NCBI GenBank assembly: GCA_027459825.1
Contig: DAIDGT010000001.1
Location: 37,884-101,883, forward strand
Direction: 5' to 3'
Source: a bacterium
GTDB taxonomy: Bacteria; Patescibacteriota; Dojkabacteria; JAKAPS01; JAJZLI01
DNA: 64,000 bases
The position numbers and the translations under genes were made by a program. Shown one piece after another: positions 19,402-28,569 of this stretch; within the stretch, counting starts at the first letter, position 1, and every line of letters begins with the position of its first letter. The notes under the pieces are model-generated. The model saw only the letters and a program-made list of their open reading frames with translations, had not been told where the DNA came from and searched no databases.

Positions 19402-20084
19402 ATAGGTTTCATCTGCATAGTAGAAGATACTAAAGGAGCAGTATACTGATTAAAATCTCCCCTTAGTTTATCATTCATAGGATTATATATATTATAAAAC
19501 AATTTAATTAAATCTGCAGTAGTAAGTTGTTTTGACTTTAACCCCATCCTTGATAGCTGCCTTATAATGTGATCTCTACGGGGAAAGAGTTTTGACTTAG
19601 ACTGCTCAATAATTTTGTCAATGTTAGTTAACTTTACTTCTTTTCCAAACATTTGTTTTGTAAAAGAAGGTTTTTGGGTAGACCATGAAAAAGAGGGGAC
19701 AACTATATAAAAATGTTTATCAAGAACATTGTTCTTCACAATTAAATCTTTAACAAACTTTCTGTATATGTCTATTTGATACTTCACCTTTGGATCTTTT
19801 TGTTTTTCCCTAAAGTCATCCAAATACTTAAGATATTTAGAAATATCAATGTTCTCAGTATGAACTAAAACTTGTATATAAAAACCCAAAGAATTCAAAA
19901 GTCCCGCAAATGCATAAATTTTAGATTCTTGCTCAATCTCAGATAAAAGATAGAAGTTAACTGCAGACGTCTCAACCACAAGACAAACATTTCCATTTTT
20001 TAAAACAAGTAAATCATCTTTTATTTCCTCTATATCTAAATGAGCCTGAGTTGTTGCAATAATTGGTGTTTTTTTACTATCCAT
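19398..20084 (-). CDS. VirB4 N-terminal-domain-like protein (copy B)
   Basis: LDIEEIKDDLLVLKNGNVCLVVETSAVNFYLLSEIEQE matches the VirB4/TraC N-terminal pattern. Paralog of 13517..14092. Confidence 0.5.
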   Translation of the reverse strand: MDSKKTPIIATTQAHLDIEEIKDDLLVLKNGNVCLVVETSAVNFYLLSEIEQESKIYAFAGLLNSLGFYIQVLVHTENIDISKYLKYLDDFREKQKDPKVKYQIDIYRKFVKDLIVKNNVLDKHFYIVVPSFSWSTQKPSFTKQMFGKEVKLTNIDKIIEQSKSKLFPRRDHIIRQLSRMGLKSKQLTTADLIKLFYNIYNPMNDKLRGDFNQYTAPLVSSTMQMKPI

Positions 20085-20095
20085 AAAATATTATA

Positions 20096-21601
20096 TTACA
20101 AATTATTATTCTCCTGCATAACAGGGATAAATATAAAAGGTATAACAAGAGACCCTGTCAACTCTATACCCACAGAGTTAAACTTATATCCCTGAGCATT
20201 AATTTCTATATTATACCTACCATTCAAAAGTGCTGTTCTCGTATAAAACTGCCCCAATTGATTAGATTTTACAGCTCTTATAGGTTTTTGATTTGAATCT
20301 TTTATTATCACAACGGCATCAGAAATCAAAGTACCATCAGAATTTACAATAACTCCCGAAATAACATTAGGGGTCTTTACAAAATCTGGAAGTTTAGAAA
20401 TTAATGCTTGCTGATCAAATGTACCCTGCTGAGAAGAAACTCGTGTCTTAACTTTTTCAATATTACTCTGCAAAGTATCTTCAGGTATTTTTTTTGCACT
20501 TATCTCATTTTTTAATTCAGAATTTTCCATCTCAAGCTGTTTAATTCTTTCCATTATTTTAGAAAGTTCACTATCTCTCGAGGACGGAGTATTCCCTAAG
20601 GAAGATTGATTAGAATTACTATCTTGCTCATTAATAGTATTATTAGAGGAATTAACCACAGAATCATTACTAACACTATTATTATTTTCAATAATATCAC
20701 TATCAACTTTAATATCAGAAATATTACTTTGTGGAATAGTAGATTGAGAAGACACATTAGAACTATCAGTATGATTAACATTTTCTTCAGCAGGATAAGT
20801 AGAAATATTACCTACATCATCAGATTTACTCGCATCATATACAACATTACTATCACTATTTACGTTATTGTAAGGTATAGATTCCTGCAGATTAGCATCA
20901 GGATTCTTATCATTAGTATGATTTTCTCCAATTTCTCTTTTTTCATCAACAGAACCATCATCACTATTATTACTACCAACTAAATTTTGGGGAGTACTCG
21001 GTCTCGGGACAGAAGAAATATAAGGTGAAGAGTTATTGTTTGATACTGGGGAGGAAGGAGAAGTTGACAATATTGAATTAGTATCAATTTTTTCATTTGT
21101 AAGCAATTTATTAATTTTATCTATATTTGCATTGAGCATATTTTCTTTTAATTCTAATGCGCTATCAACGTTAGATGCATTATTTTTTATAGTAGTATCA
21201 AAAGGATTTTGGTAAAAAAATGTTGCAATTTCCTTATTAGAAGGAGAAACTGTAGGGGACTTAGGAATATCAAGTACAGAAGGAATGGTTGATGATTCCC
21301 TCATCCATATCCTTTGAGTGGGTTTCTTAATAGTAATTAAAAAATTGGTAATCCATTCATCAAGAGGCCTATCATCAATTGGGATAAAAGCAATCAGTAC
21401 ACCCAAAAGTAAAAAAATACCTGTAAGGGGAATTGTAATATAATTACTAACATGGGCAATAAACATTATAAATCCTATACAAGCAGGAATAGCAATAAAG
21501 GCAAATTGCTTCATAGACATATCCCCAATTATCTTGAATTCAACACTCATTATATTTTGAGGAACTGAATGCTGCTTTTCTTTCATAATCAATATAAACA
21601 T
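20096..21601 (-). CDS. PrgI/VirB3-like membrane protein with Ser/Asn-rich low-complexity linker, coiled coil and C-terminal beta-sandwich-like domain
   Basis: Two N-terminal TM helices, then about 200 aa of S/N/D-rich low complexity, a coiled coil (LEMENSELKNE) and a C-terminal region resembling a carboxypeptidase-regulatory-like fold (SGVIVNSDGTLISDAVVIIKD...GRYNIEINAQGY). Confidence 0.35.
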   Translation of the reverse strand: MFILIMKEKQHSVPQNIMSVEFKIIGDMSMKQFAFIAIPACIGFIMFIAHVSNYITIPLTGIFLLLGVLIAFIPIDDRPLDEWITNFLITIKKPTQRIWMRESSTIPSVLDIPKSPTVSPSNKEIATFFYQNPFDTTIKNNASNVDSALELKENMLNANIDKINKLLTNEKIDTNSILSTSPSSPVSNNNSSPYISSVPRPSTPQNLVGSNNSDDGSVDEKREIGENHTNDKNPDANLQESIPYNNVNSDSNVVYDASKSDDVGNISTYPAEENVNHTDSSNVSSQSTIPQSNISDIKVDSDIIENNNSVSNDSVVNSSNNTINEQDSNSNQSSLGNTPSSRDSELSKIMERIKQLEMENSELKNEISAKKIPEDTLQSNIEKVKTRVSSQQGTFDQQALISKLPDFVKTPNVISGVIVNSDGTLISDAVVIIKDSNQKPIRAVKSNQLGQFYTRTALLNGRYNIEINAQGYKFNSVGIELTGSLVIPFIFIPVMQENNNL

Positions 21602-21669
21602 AACATAAAAAATAGATTTTTAAAAGGTGAAATAGGCTATATTTAGAAATAAAAAAAACACAAATAATA

Positions 21670-21696
21670 TTGCATTTCTAATAAAATTAGTATAAT
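21670..21696 (+). promoter_or_regulatory. possible promoter TTGCAT-N15-TATAAT upstream of galU
   Basis: Hexamers read from the sequence. The spacer is short, so this is weak. Confidence 0.2.
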
Positions 21697-21719
21697 ATCC
21701 TCCCCAATAGGCTAAAATT

Positions 21720-22604
21720 ATGGAAGATAATAAAAGAATCACAAAAGCAGTTATAGCCCTTGCAGGATACGGAACAAGATTTTTACCAGCAACAAAAGAA
21801 CAACCAAAAGAGATGCTCCCTATAATTGATAAACCTATTGTTCAGTATTTGGTTGAAGAGTTAGTAGAGTCAGGAATACAAGATATTATAATGGTAACAA
21901 GACTTGGGCAAAGAGCATTAGAAGACCATTTTGATAACAACATTGCACTTGAATATCACTTAGAAAAAAACGGAAAAGATAAAATATTAAAGGAAGTTCA
22001 AGAACTCCCTAAGAAAGCCAACTACATATATGTAAGACAGAAGCGTTTCCTTCCATATGGAAATGGAACCCCACTTCTTGTAGTAAAAAATTTAATAAAG
22101 AAAAATGAAAATTTCGTATACATGTTTGGCGATGATCTTGTAAAAGCAGACATTCCCGCAACAAAACAGTTAATAGAAGAAGCAAATAAAAACCCAGGAA
22201 AGATTGTAATCGCAGCACAAGATGTTAAACCAGATGAAGTAGAAAAGTATGGAGTTATTAAATTCGGGCCAGATAATAAAACGGTAGAAACAATTGTAGA
22301 AAAACCAAAAAAAGAAGAAGCACCATCAAATACAATAACATTTGGAAGGTTTATACTAAATAACGAGGTATTAGAAGAGATTGCAAAAAGGCAACTAGGA
22401 AAAGATAACGAGTTATGGTTATCTGACGCAATAGCAAACCTGGCAAAACAAGGCAAAGTTGTTGCTGTTAAGATACAAGGGAGATGGATGACAACAGGAG
22501 ATCCATTAAATTTCCTAAAAACTACTATAGAATATGCCAAGGACAGAGAAGATCTCTGGAGAGAACTTAAAATATATATAGAAAATAGCATCAAAGAAAG
22601 TTAA
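21720..22604 (+). CDS. galU: UTP--glucose-1-phosphate uridylyltransferase
   Basis: AVIALAGYGTRFLPATKEQPKEMLPIIDKP is the canonical GalU N-terminal nucleotide-binding motif. Confidence 0.85.
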   Translation: MEDNKRITKAVIALAGYGTRFLPATKEQPKEMLPIIDKPIVQYLVEELVESGIQDIIMVTRLGQRALEDHFDNNIALEYHLEKNGKDKILKEVQELPKKANYIYVRQKRFLPYGNGTPLLVVKNLIKKNENFVYMFGDDLVKADIPATKQLIEEANKNPGKIVIAAQDVKPDEVEKYGVIKFGPDNKTVETIVEKPKKEEAPSNTITFGRFILNNEVLEEIAKRQLGKDNELWLSDAIANLAKQGKVVAVKIQGRWMTTGDPLNFLKTTIEYAKDREDLWRELKIYIENSIKES

Positions 22605-22659
22605 TTAAATACAACTCCTTGCAATAAGAAAGTACGTGTATATATAATAAGCTATATAC

Positions 22660-24024
22660 ATGGATAATTTAGGAACAGAAAATAAAGTAAGCATATCTAG
22701 TCAAGAAGTATACAAGTCCCCACCATCAGAAGGTCAGAATAGGAAAGTTATTTATTTATTAGTTGCAATAGTAATAATCATATTTGCAATAATTATATTA
22801 ATTTCAACACTGGGCAAGGCAATATTCTCAAACAAAACAGTAAATAACAAAATTACACTTACAATGTGGGAGGTAGGAGAAAATCAAAGTATATACCAAT
22901 CCCTTATAAATGAATATGAAAAACAAAACCCGAACATTACTATTAATTATGTGGAAGTTCCTTCAACATACTATGCAAGCACATTATACAGTAAAATAAA
23001 GAGCGGAAAAGAAGTTCCTGATATTGTTAGCATTCCAAACTCCTTTGTTCCTTACTTCTCATCAATTCTATATAATGCTCCTACTTCAATATTTCCAGTA
23101 TCTCTCCTTGAAAGTAAATACTATCCAATATTTCAGGAAGACCTAACAGTAAACAACAAAGTCTATGCTATACCAACATACTATGATGGACTGGCTTTGT
23201 TATACAATAAATCAGAATATTCTAGCGCAAACTTACAAGGACCTTCATCTAATTTATATACATTTGAAAGTGAAATACCGCAGCTTGTAAATAAAGATAG
23301 CAATCAAACAGTTACTCAAGCAGCAATAGATATTGGAGGAACAGGAAATACATATGATGCAGGACAAATACTCAATTTATTAATGCAAATAAACAAAACG
23401 GTAATGACATCAAATGGGAATGTAACATTCGCAAATCAAAATGGACAGGAGGCACTAAGCCTGTATCAAAGCATTCAAAGTCAAGATGGATGGAATTCTA
23501 CATTTCCATCTGCCATTCCCGCATTTGCAAATGGAACAGTAGCCTCAATATTTGCAACAGCATCAGACATAAAACAAATCATGCAAATCAATCCAAACTT
23601 AAATTTAGGAGTATCACAACCCCCACAGATCCCTGGAGGAACAATAAACATACCTATATATAATGCACAGGCAGTTCCAATAAATTCCAAGAACCCTGAA
23701 CAAGCTTGGCAATTCTTAAGTTTTCTATCACAACCACAAAATCTACTTACAATATTTAAAAATAGACAATCCCAAGGAGAAATTGTAGGTACACTACCAA
23801 GGCTAGATATGTCCCAGTATAACTCTCAATTTTCATTTGCTTCAACATTTACCCAAATGGCAAGTACCTCAACTTCCTGGTACGAAGGAGACCCAGAGGC
23901 AGTAAATTCAATATTTAATAATGTAATTGATGGAAATATAACACTTGCAGAAGCACAACAAAAAGTGCAAGATATCTACTATAAAATTGCTAATGGAATA
24001 TATTCAATTCCAACAAATGAATAA
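22660..24024 (+). CDS. membrane-anchored extracellular solute-binding protein (SBP family 1-like), orphan
   Basis: N-terminal TM anchor, then KITLTMWEVGENQ...YEKQNPNITINYVEVP, typical of sugar-type ABC substrate-binding proteins. No permease or ATPase partner is adjacent. Confidence 0.5.
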   Translation: MDNLGTENKVSISSQEVYKSPPSEGQNRKVIYLLVAIVIIIFAIIILISTLGKAIFSNKTVNNKITLTMWEVGENQSIYQSLINEYEKQNPNITINYVEVPSTYYASTLYSKIKSGKEVPDIVSIPNSFVPYFSSILYNAPTSIFPVSLLESKYYPIFQEDLTVNNKVYAIPTYYDGLALLYNKSEYSSANLQGPSSNLYTFESEIPQLVNKDSNQTVTQAAIDIGGTGNTYDAGQILNLLMQINKTVMTSNGNVTFANQNGQEALSLYQSIQSQDGWNSTFPSAIPAFANGTVASIFATASDIKQIMQINPNLNLGVSQPPQIPGGTINIPIYNAQAVPINSKNPEQAWQFLSFLSQPQNLLTIFKNRQSQGEIVGTLPRLDMSQYNSQFSFASTFTQMASTSTSWYEGDPEAVNSIFNNVIDGNITLAEAQQKVQDIYYKIANGIYSIPTNE

Positions 24025-24033
24025 TACAAATAT

Positions 24034-25698
24034 ATGGATTTAAAAGAATTATTAATAAAAAATAGCGTACTTACCGAAAGTGAGTATGAAGAACTACAAG
24101 AAAAGGCAAGACAACTAAACAGCTCTATTGAAGAAATGATTATTGCAAGGAATGTGATTAGTGAGGATGATCTTGGGAAACTTATAGAGAAACAATACGG
24201 AATACCTCATATTTCCCTAATACATAAAACAATAGATCCAGACATTGTCAAAGTAATACCTGAAAAAACAGCAATAGAAAGAAAGGTTATTGCATTTGAT
24301 AAAACAGCGTCAAACCTAAAGATTGGAATGACCAACCCTAGAGATATAAATACTATAGAGTTTATAAAAAAAGGAACAGGATTTAATGTCGATGCTTATT
24401 ACATCACTGAAAATTCCTTTTATGAAGGATTAAAACTATATAAGACATCCATAAAAGAAGAATTGAAAGACATTATAGATAAAAATGCAAAAGACGCAAA
24501 GGTAAAAGGAGAAGAATCAAATGCGCTTCCTATAATCAATATAGTAGATAAAATACTTGAGTATGCAAATTCTATGGGAGCGTCAGATATACATATTGAG
24601 CCTATGGAGAAAGAAGCGCTAGTAAGATATAGGGTAGATGGAATACTTCATGATCAAGCAACATACCCAATAAAAATACACTTAGCAATATCATCAAGAA
24701 TAAAAATTCTTTCAAATTTAAAAATAGATGAACACAGACTTCCACAAGATGGAAGATTTAAAACAACGATTAATGATCAAGAAGTGTCATTTAGAGTATC
24801 TACAATGCCCGCATATTTCGGAGAAACTGTAGTACTAAGGTTATTAAAAGAAAATGCAAAAGAATATAATTTAGAAACTCTTGGAGTACAAGGAAGAGAT
24901 TATGAAATATTAAAAAGTAGTATTAAAAAGACAGTAGGAATGATATTAGTAACGGGACCAACGGGATCAGGAAAAAGTACTACTTTATATACGATTCTAT
25001 CACTACTAAATACACCAGAGGTAAATATAAGTACAGCAGAAGATCCAATTGAATACAGTATGCCAAGAGTAAATCAAACTCAAGTTAACCCTAAAATAGG
25101 ACTGACATTTGCAGAAGCGCTCAGGTCATTTCTAAGACAAGACCCTGATATCATGATGATAGGAGAAATAAGAGACAATGAGACCGCAGATATTGCAATA
25201 AATGCAGCTATTACAGGACATTTAGTATTATCTACACTACATACAAATGACGCAGCAAGCGCAATACCAAGACTTATAGATATGCACATAGAATCATTTC
25301 TTGTATCATCAACACTCAATACAATAATAGCGCAAAGATTAGTAAGAAAGTTATGCAATAACTGTAAAACAGAACAAAAACTTGACCAGAAGATGATATC
25401 TATACTACAAGAACAATATGATAAGAAAGGTATAGATAAGAAAATAAATGGAAATGCATTTTATAAACCAGTAGGTTGTGAATACTGTAGCAACGGATAT
25501 AATGGAAGAGTTGGAATATATGAGATACTAGAAGTTACAGATACAATAAAAGAATTAATAATTAAAAAAGATAATGCTAGTAATATACAAAAAAAGGCAC
25601 AAGAAGAAGGAATGACCTTGATGGTAGAAGATGGAATTCAAAAAGCTCAACAAGGAATAACATCAATAGAAGAAGTTCTTAGAGTAATTAAAGAATAA
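24034..25698 (+). CDS. pilB: type IV pilus assembly ATPase PilB (GspE family)
   Basis: T2SSE N-terminal domain, Walker A GPTGSGKSTTLY, Asp/His boxes and a tetracysteine motif (CNNC...CEYC). Confidence 0.9.
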   Translation: MDLKELLIKNSVLTESEYEELQEKARQLNSSIEEMIIARNVISEDDLGKLIEKQYGIPHISLIHKTIDPDIVKVIPEKTAIERKVIAFDKTASNLKIGMTNPRDINTIEFIKKGTGFNVDAYYITENSFYEGLKLYKTSIKEELKDIIDKNAKDAKVKGEESNALPIINIVDKILEYANSMGASDIHIEPMEKEALVRYRVDGILHDQATYPIKIHLAISSRIKILSNLKIDEHRLPQDGRFKTTINDQEVSFRVSTMPAYFGETVVLRLLKENAKEYNLETLGVQGRDYEILKSSIKKTVGMILVTGPTGSGKSTTLYTILSLLNTPEVNISTAEDPIEYSMPRVNQTQVNPKIGLTFAEALRSFLRQDPDIMMIGEIRDNETADIAINAAITGHLVLSTLHTNDAASAIPRLIDMHIESFLVSSTLNTIIAQRLVRKLCNNCKTEQKLDQKMISILQEQYDKKGIDKKINGNAFYKPVGCEYCSNGYNGRVGIYEILEVTDTIKELIIKKDNASNIQKKAQEEGMTLMVEDGIQKAQQGITSIEEVLRVIKE

Positions 25699-25893
25699 AT
25701 GGAAAGAAAAACAGGTCATCATTATATAAAGTATAGTGTTGCATGGTTTGTCGCATGGATTATTGTCTTTGGAATAGAAATATTATTCCATATAAAAAGA
25801 CCAAGTCATTATGTCTTTTTTATATTTTTAGGATGGCTAATAGGATGGATATCCGTAACCATCTTTATAAAGGTAAACAAAAATAAAATTTGA
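25699..25893 (+). CDS. small two-helix membrane protein
   Basis: 64 aa. Its start overlaps the pilB stop (TAAATG). Hydrophobic. Confidence 0.3.
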   Translation: MERKTGHHYIKYSVAWFVAWIIVFGIEILFHIKRPSHYVFFIFLGWLIGWISVTIFIKVNKNKI

Positions 25894-25933
25894 AACCTAC
25901 AAAAATCACCAGATAATATCACGCAATATAAGG

Positions 25934-26182
25934 TTAGTCTTTCTCTCCTCCAGAATTTTCTTTATTTCCAATGTCCACGGAAGAGCTAGTTCTATTAACA
26001 ATAATTCTTCCAAAAATAATAGCTATTGCTGCAAGTACAAAGAACAGAATAGCATGCTTTACTTGCGCAGTTTTTGGATGATTATTGTAAGTTAAAATAT
26101 GACTAAACCCAGGAATTAAATAATAAATACCAACAATGATAAATAAAATACTAACAATAACAACTATAGTTTTTTTATTCAT
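25934..26182 (-). CDS. small membrane protein
   Basis: 82 aa with two hydrophobic helices. Confidence 0.3.
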   Translation of the reverse strand: MNKKTIVVIVSILFIIVGIYYLIPGFSHILTYNNHPKTAQVKHAILFFVLAAIAIIFGRIIVNRTSSSVDIGNKENSGGEKD

Positions 26183-26247
26183 AGGTATATGCTATATAAA
26201 TTAAATACTGAAAAAAGTTTATCAATTTCATTTAACAATATCAAATT

Positions 26248-27078
26248 ATGAACATAATAAATGATATCATACTCAGTTTAACTCAAGGAATATCTGAGCT
26301 TTTCCCAATTAGTAGCTTGGGGCACAGTATCATTATTCAATCATTCCTAAATATACATGTTACAAAAAACTCAGCATTTTTCCTTCCATTTATAGTTTCA
26401 CTACACGTAGGTACAGCATTGGCATTAATAATCTATTTTTTTAAAGAATGGAAAAATATAGTTATATCACTAGTAAAAACTGCGATATCAGGAAAATTAT
26501 CTAATGATAAAACAGAAAATTTTGCATGGAAACTAGTAATAGCAACAGTTCCTGTTGGTGTAGTTGGTTTACTATTTAAAAATTTTGTTGCACAAATTTT
26601 TAAATCACCACAAATTGCGGCAATATTTATAATAATCAATGGATTCATACTATATATTGGTGAAATTCTAATAAGGAGAAAAAATATCACGAAAAGAAAA
26701 TTAGAAGATATATCATTTTTTGACGCCATCATCATAGGGGCATCGCAAATACTAGCATTAATACCAGGAATATCTAGATCAGGAGCAAGTATGGTAGCAG
26801 GGCTTTTATATAAATTAGACCATGAAGATGCGGCATATTTTTCATTCATGCTAGCAACCCCAGTAATTCTTGCGGCAGGAGTACTCGAGATACCTACCCT
26901 TTTTACAATACATTATGCGCAAGCATTCATGTATGCAACAATCGGAGCAGTTATATCTGGTATTGCTGCATATTTTGCAGTAAAGTTTTTAATGAAATAC
27001 TTCAAAACAGGAACACTAAAACCATATGCTTACTACTGCATTGCCGCAGGAGTACTAGCACTTATAATATTAAGATAA
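26248..27078 (+). CDS. uppP: undecaprenyl-diphosphatase
   Basis: GISELFPISSLGH and ISRSGASM motifs of the BacA/UppP family. Confidence 0.9.
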   Translation: MNIINDIILSLTQGISELFPISSLGHSIIIQSFLNIHVTKNSAFFLPFIVSLHVGTALALIIYFFKEWKNIVISLVKTAISGKLSNDKTENFAWKLVIATVPVGVVGLLFKNFVAQIFKSPQIAAIFIIINGFILYIGEILIRRKNITKRKLEDISFFDAIIIGASQILALIPGISRSGASMVAGLLYKLDHEDAAYFSFMLATPVILAAGVLEIPTLFTIHYAQAFMYATIGAVISGIAAYFAVKFLMKYFKTGTLKPYAYYCIAAGVLALIILR

Positions 27079-28503
27079 AAGAAATATTATATATGGGACC
27101 TTTAATAAACCATTATCATAACTTATATTAAAATCTTTAGTAATTAATATTTTATTTTCAATTTTTAATTTACCTGACAAACCTTGAAAAAATTTTCTTC
27201 CTTTTATGTCAATACAGACACTGATACCACTAGTAGACTTAAAAATAAAATCAATGTCTTTATCTCTATTTCTATAATACTTACAATCTACAATATTATC
27301 TTTCTGTTTCAAAAAAACATAGAAAAGATTCATTATATATTTATTAAAAAGTTCAGGAGAAGAAAGTATATCTTCTTCCCTAATTTTTAGTATACTATTC
27401 CTCACACCATGATCAATTAAAAAAATTTTAATATTGGAAGCCTTATTTATATTTGAATGATATTTTTCTAACCTTAAAATTAAATTGGAATCTTCTAAAA
27501 CCTTTAGATATTTTTCAATAGTTTCTCTATGTACTTTTAATTTCTCTGCTAAAGAAAGAATACTAAACTCATCAGTAAAGTTAATAGCAAGATAAAAGAA
27601 AAGACTAGAAAGAGCATCTGTGTTTTTTATATCTTCAATAAGGTAAATGTCTTCCAACAAAATTTTTTCTATTTGAGTTTGATACAAATATTCATACTGT
27701 AATTTTTCATTTGGCATCATCCATCCTTCAATAAATCCTCCATACAGTAAATATTTATTAAAATACTTAAAAAGCTCATCTTCAAACATTGAAAGTTTTT
27801 TTAAAGTGGACAGAATTGCAGGAATAGAGGTTTCAAATTTAAAATCTCCAAAGATAGATGGTGTTACCATGTGCAAATCAGAAATAGATTTAAGAATACT
27901 CTCCTTCATTCGGATATCAGCACGATCATCAGAAAGCAAGGTAAACGTTAAATATTCTTCGAAACTAAAGGGAAATAATTTAAAATTTTTTATTCTTCCT
28001 GCCAAAGATTCTTTACTTTTTATATTAATAAAAGAAGAATATGATCCAGAAATAATAAATTTGAAATTCATTTTGGAATCATAATATTTTTTGAGAAAAA
28101 GCTCCCAACCATCAAACCTCTGTATTTCGTCAATGAAAATATATTTTTTACCATCACTACCAAAATCTTTTGTGTAATCTATAAAGTTGGAAATTATATC
28201 GTCAAATATAGCAGGTGAGTGTCGTATAGAATATATAAAAGGATCATCCATTGAAATATACATAATATCAAATGGATTAATACCTTCCAGATTTATAAGG
28301 TCTGATACTACCTGCTTAAGTATAGTAGTCTTTCCTACTCTTCTTGGACCAGTTACAGAAATTATCTGATCAATGCTTAGTACAGAGTTAAAAATATCAT
28401 CATAAGAAGATCTCCTGTACACAGGAATTCCTAGAAGAGAATTATTTTTTTTCCACCATGGATTATAAAATTCAATACACTTTCTAAATAAATTGATATC
28501 CAT
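27070..28503 (-). CDS. AAA+ ATPase with DUF4143 domain
   Basis: The N-terminal FYNPWW motif and P-loop GPRRVGKTT are typical of the PF13173/PF13635 family. Confidence 0.7.
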   Translation of the reverse strand: MDINLFRKCIEFYNPWWKKNNSLLGIPVYRRSSYDDIFNSVLSIDQIISVTGPRRVGKTTILKQVVSDLINLEGINPFDIMYISMDDPFIYSIRHSPAIFDDIISNFIDYTKDFGSDGKKYIFIDEIQRFDGWELFLKKYYDSKMNFKFIISGSYSSFINIKSKESLAGRIKNFKLFPFSFEEYLTFTLLSDDRADIRMKESILKSISDLHMVTPSIFGDFKFETSIPAILSTLKKLSMFEDELFKYFNKYLLYGGFIEGWMMPNEKLQYEYLYQTQIEKILLEDIYLIEDIKNTDALSSLFFYLAINFTDEFSILSLAEKLKVHRETIEKYLKVLEDSNLILRLEKYHSNINKASNIKIFLIDHGVRNSILKIREEDILSSPELFNKYIMNLFYVFLKQKDNIVDCKYYRNRDKDIDFIFKSTSGISVCIDIKGRKFFQGLSGKLKIENKILITKDFNISYDNGLLKVPYIIFLLS

Positions 28504-28569
28504 ACCAATTTATACTATCACACCACAAAATAATGTCAACAATATTGTCCACAACGACATAACAAATGG

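Noticed and set aside
20596-20983. Ile/Asn-rich ORFs (20596..20781 minus, 20606..20983 plus) that look like repeat proteins
   Set aside because: They are alternative-frame or antisense translations of the Ser/Asn low-complexity region of the 501-aa PrgI-like gene.
9553-21601. Integrative element or prophage boundaries (integrase, att repeats) around the T4SS/AbiE region
   Set aside because: No integrase, recombinase, relaxase or flanking direct repeats were recognised in the window. Mobile origin cannot be supported or excluded from this sequence alone.
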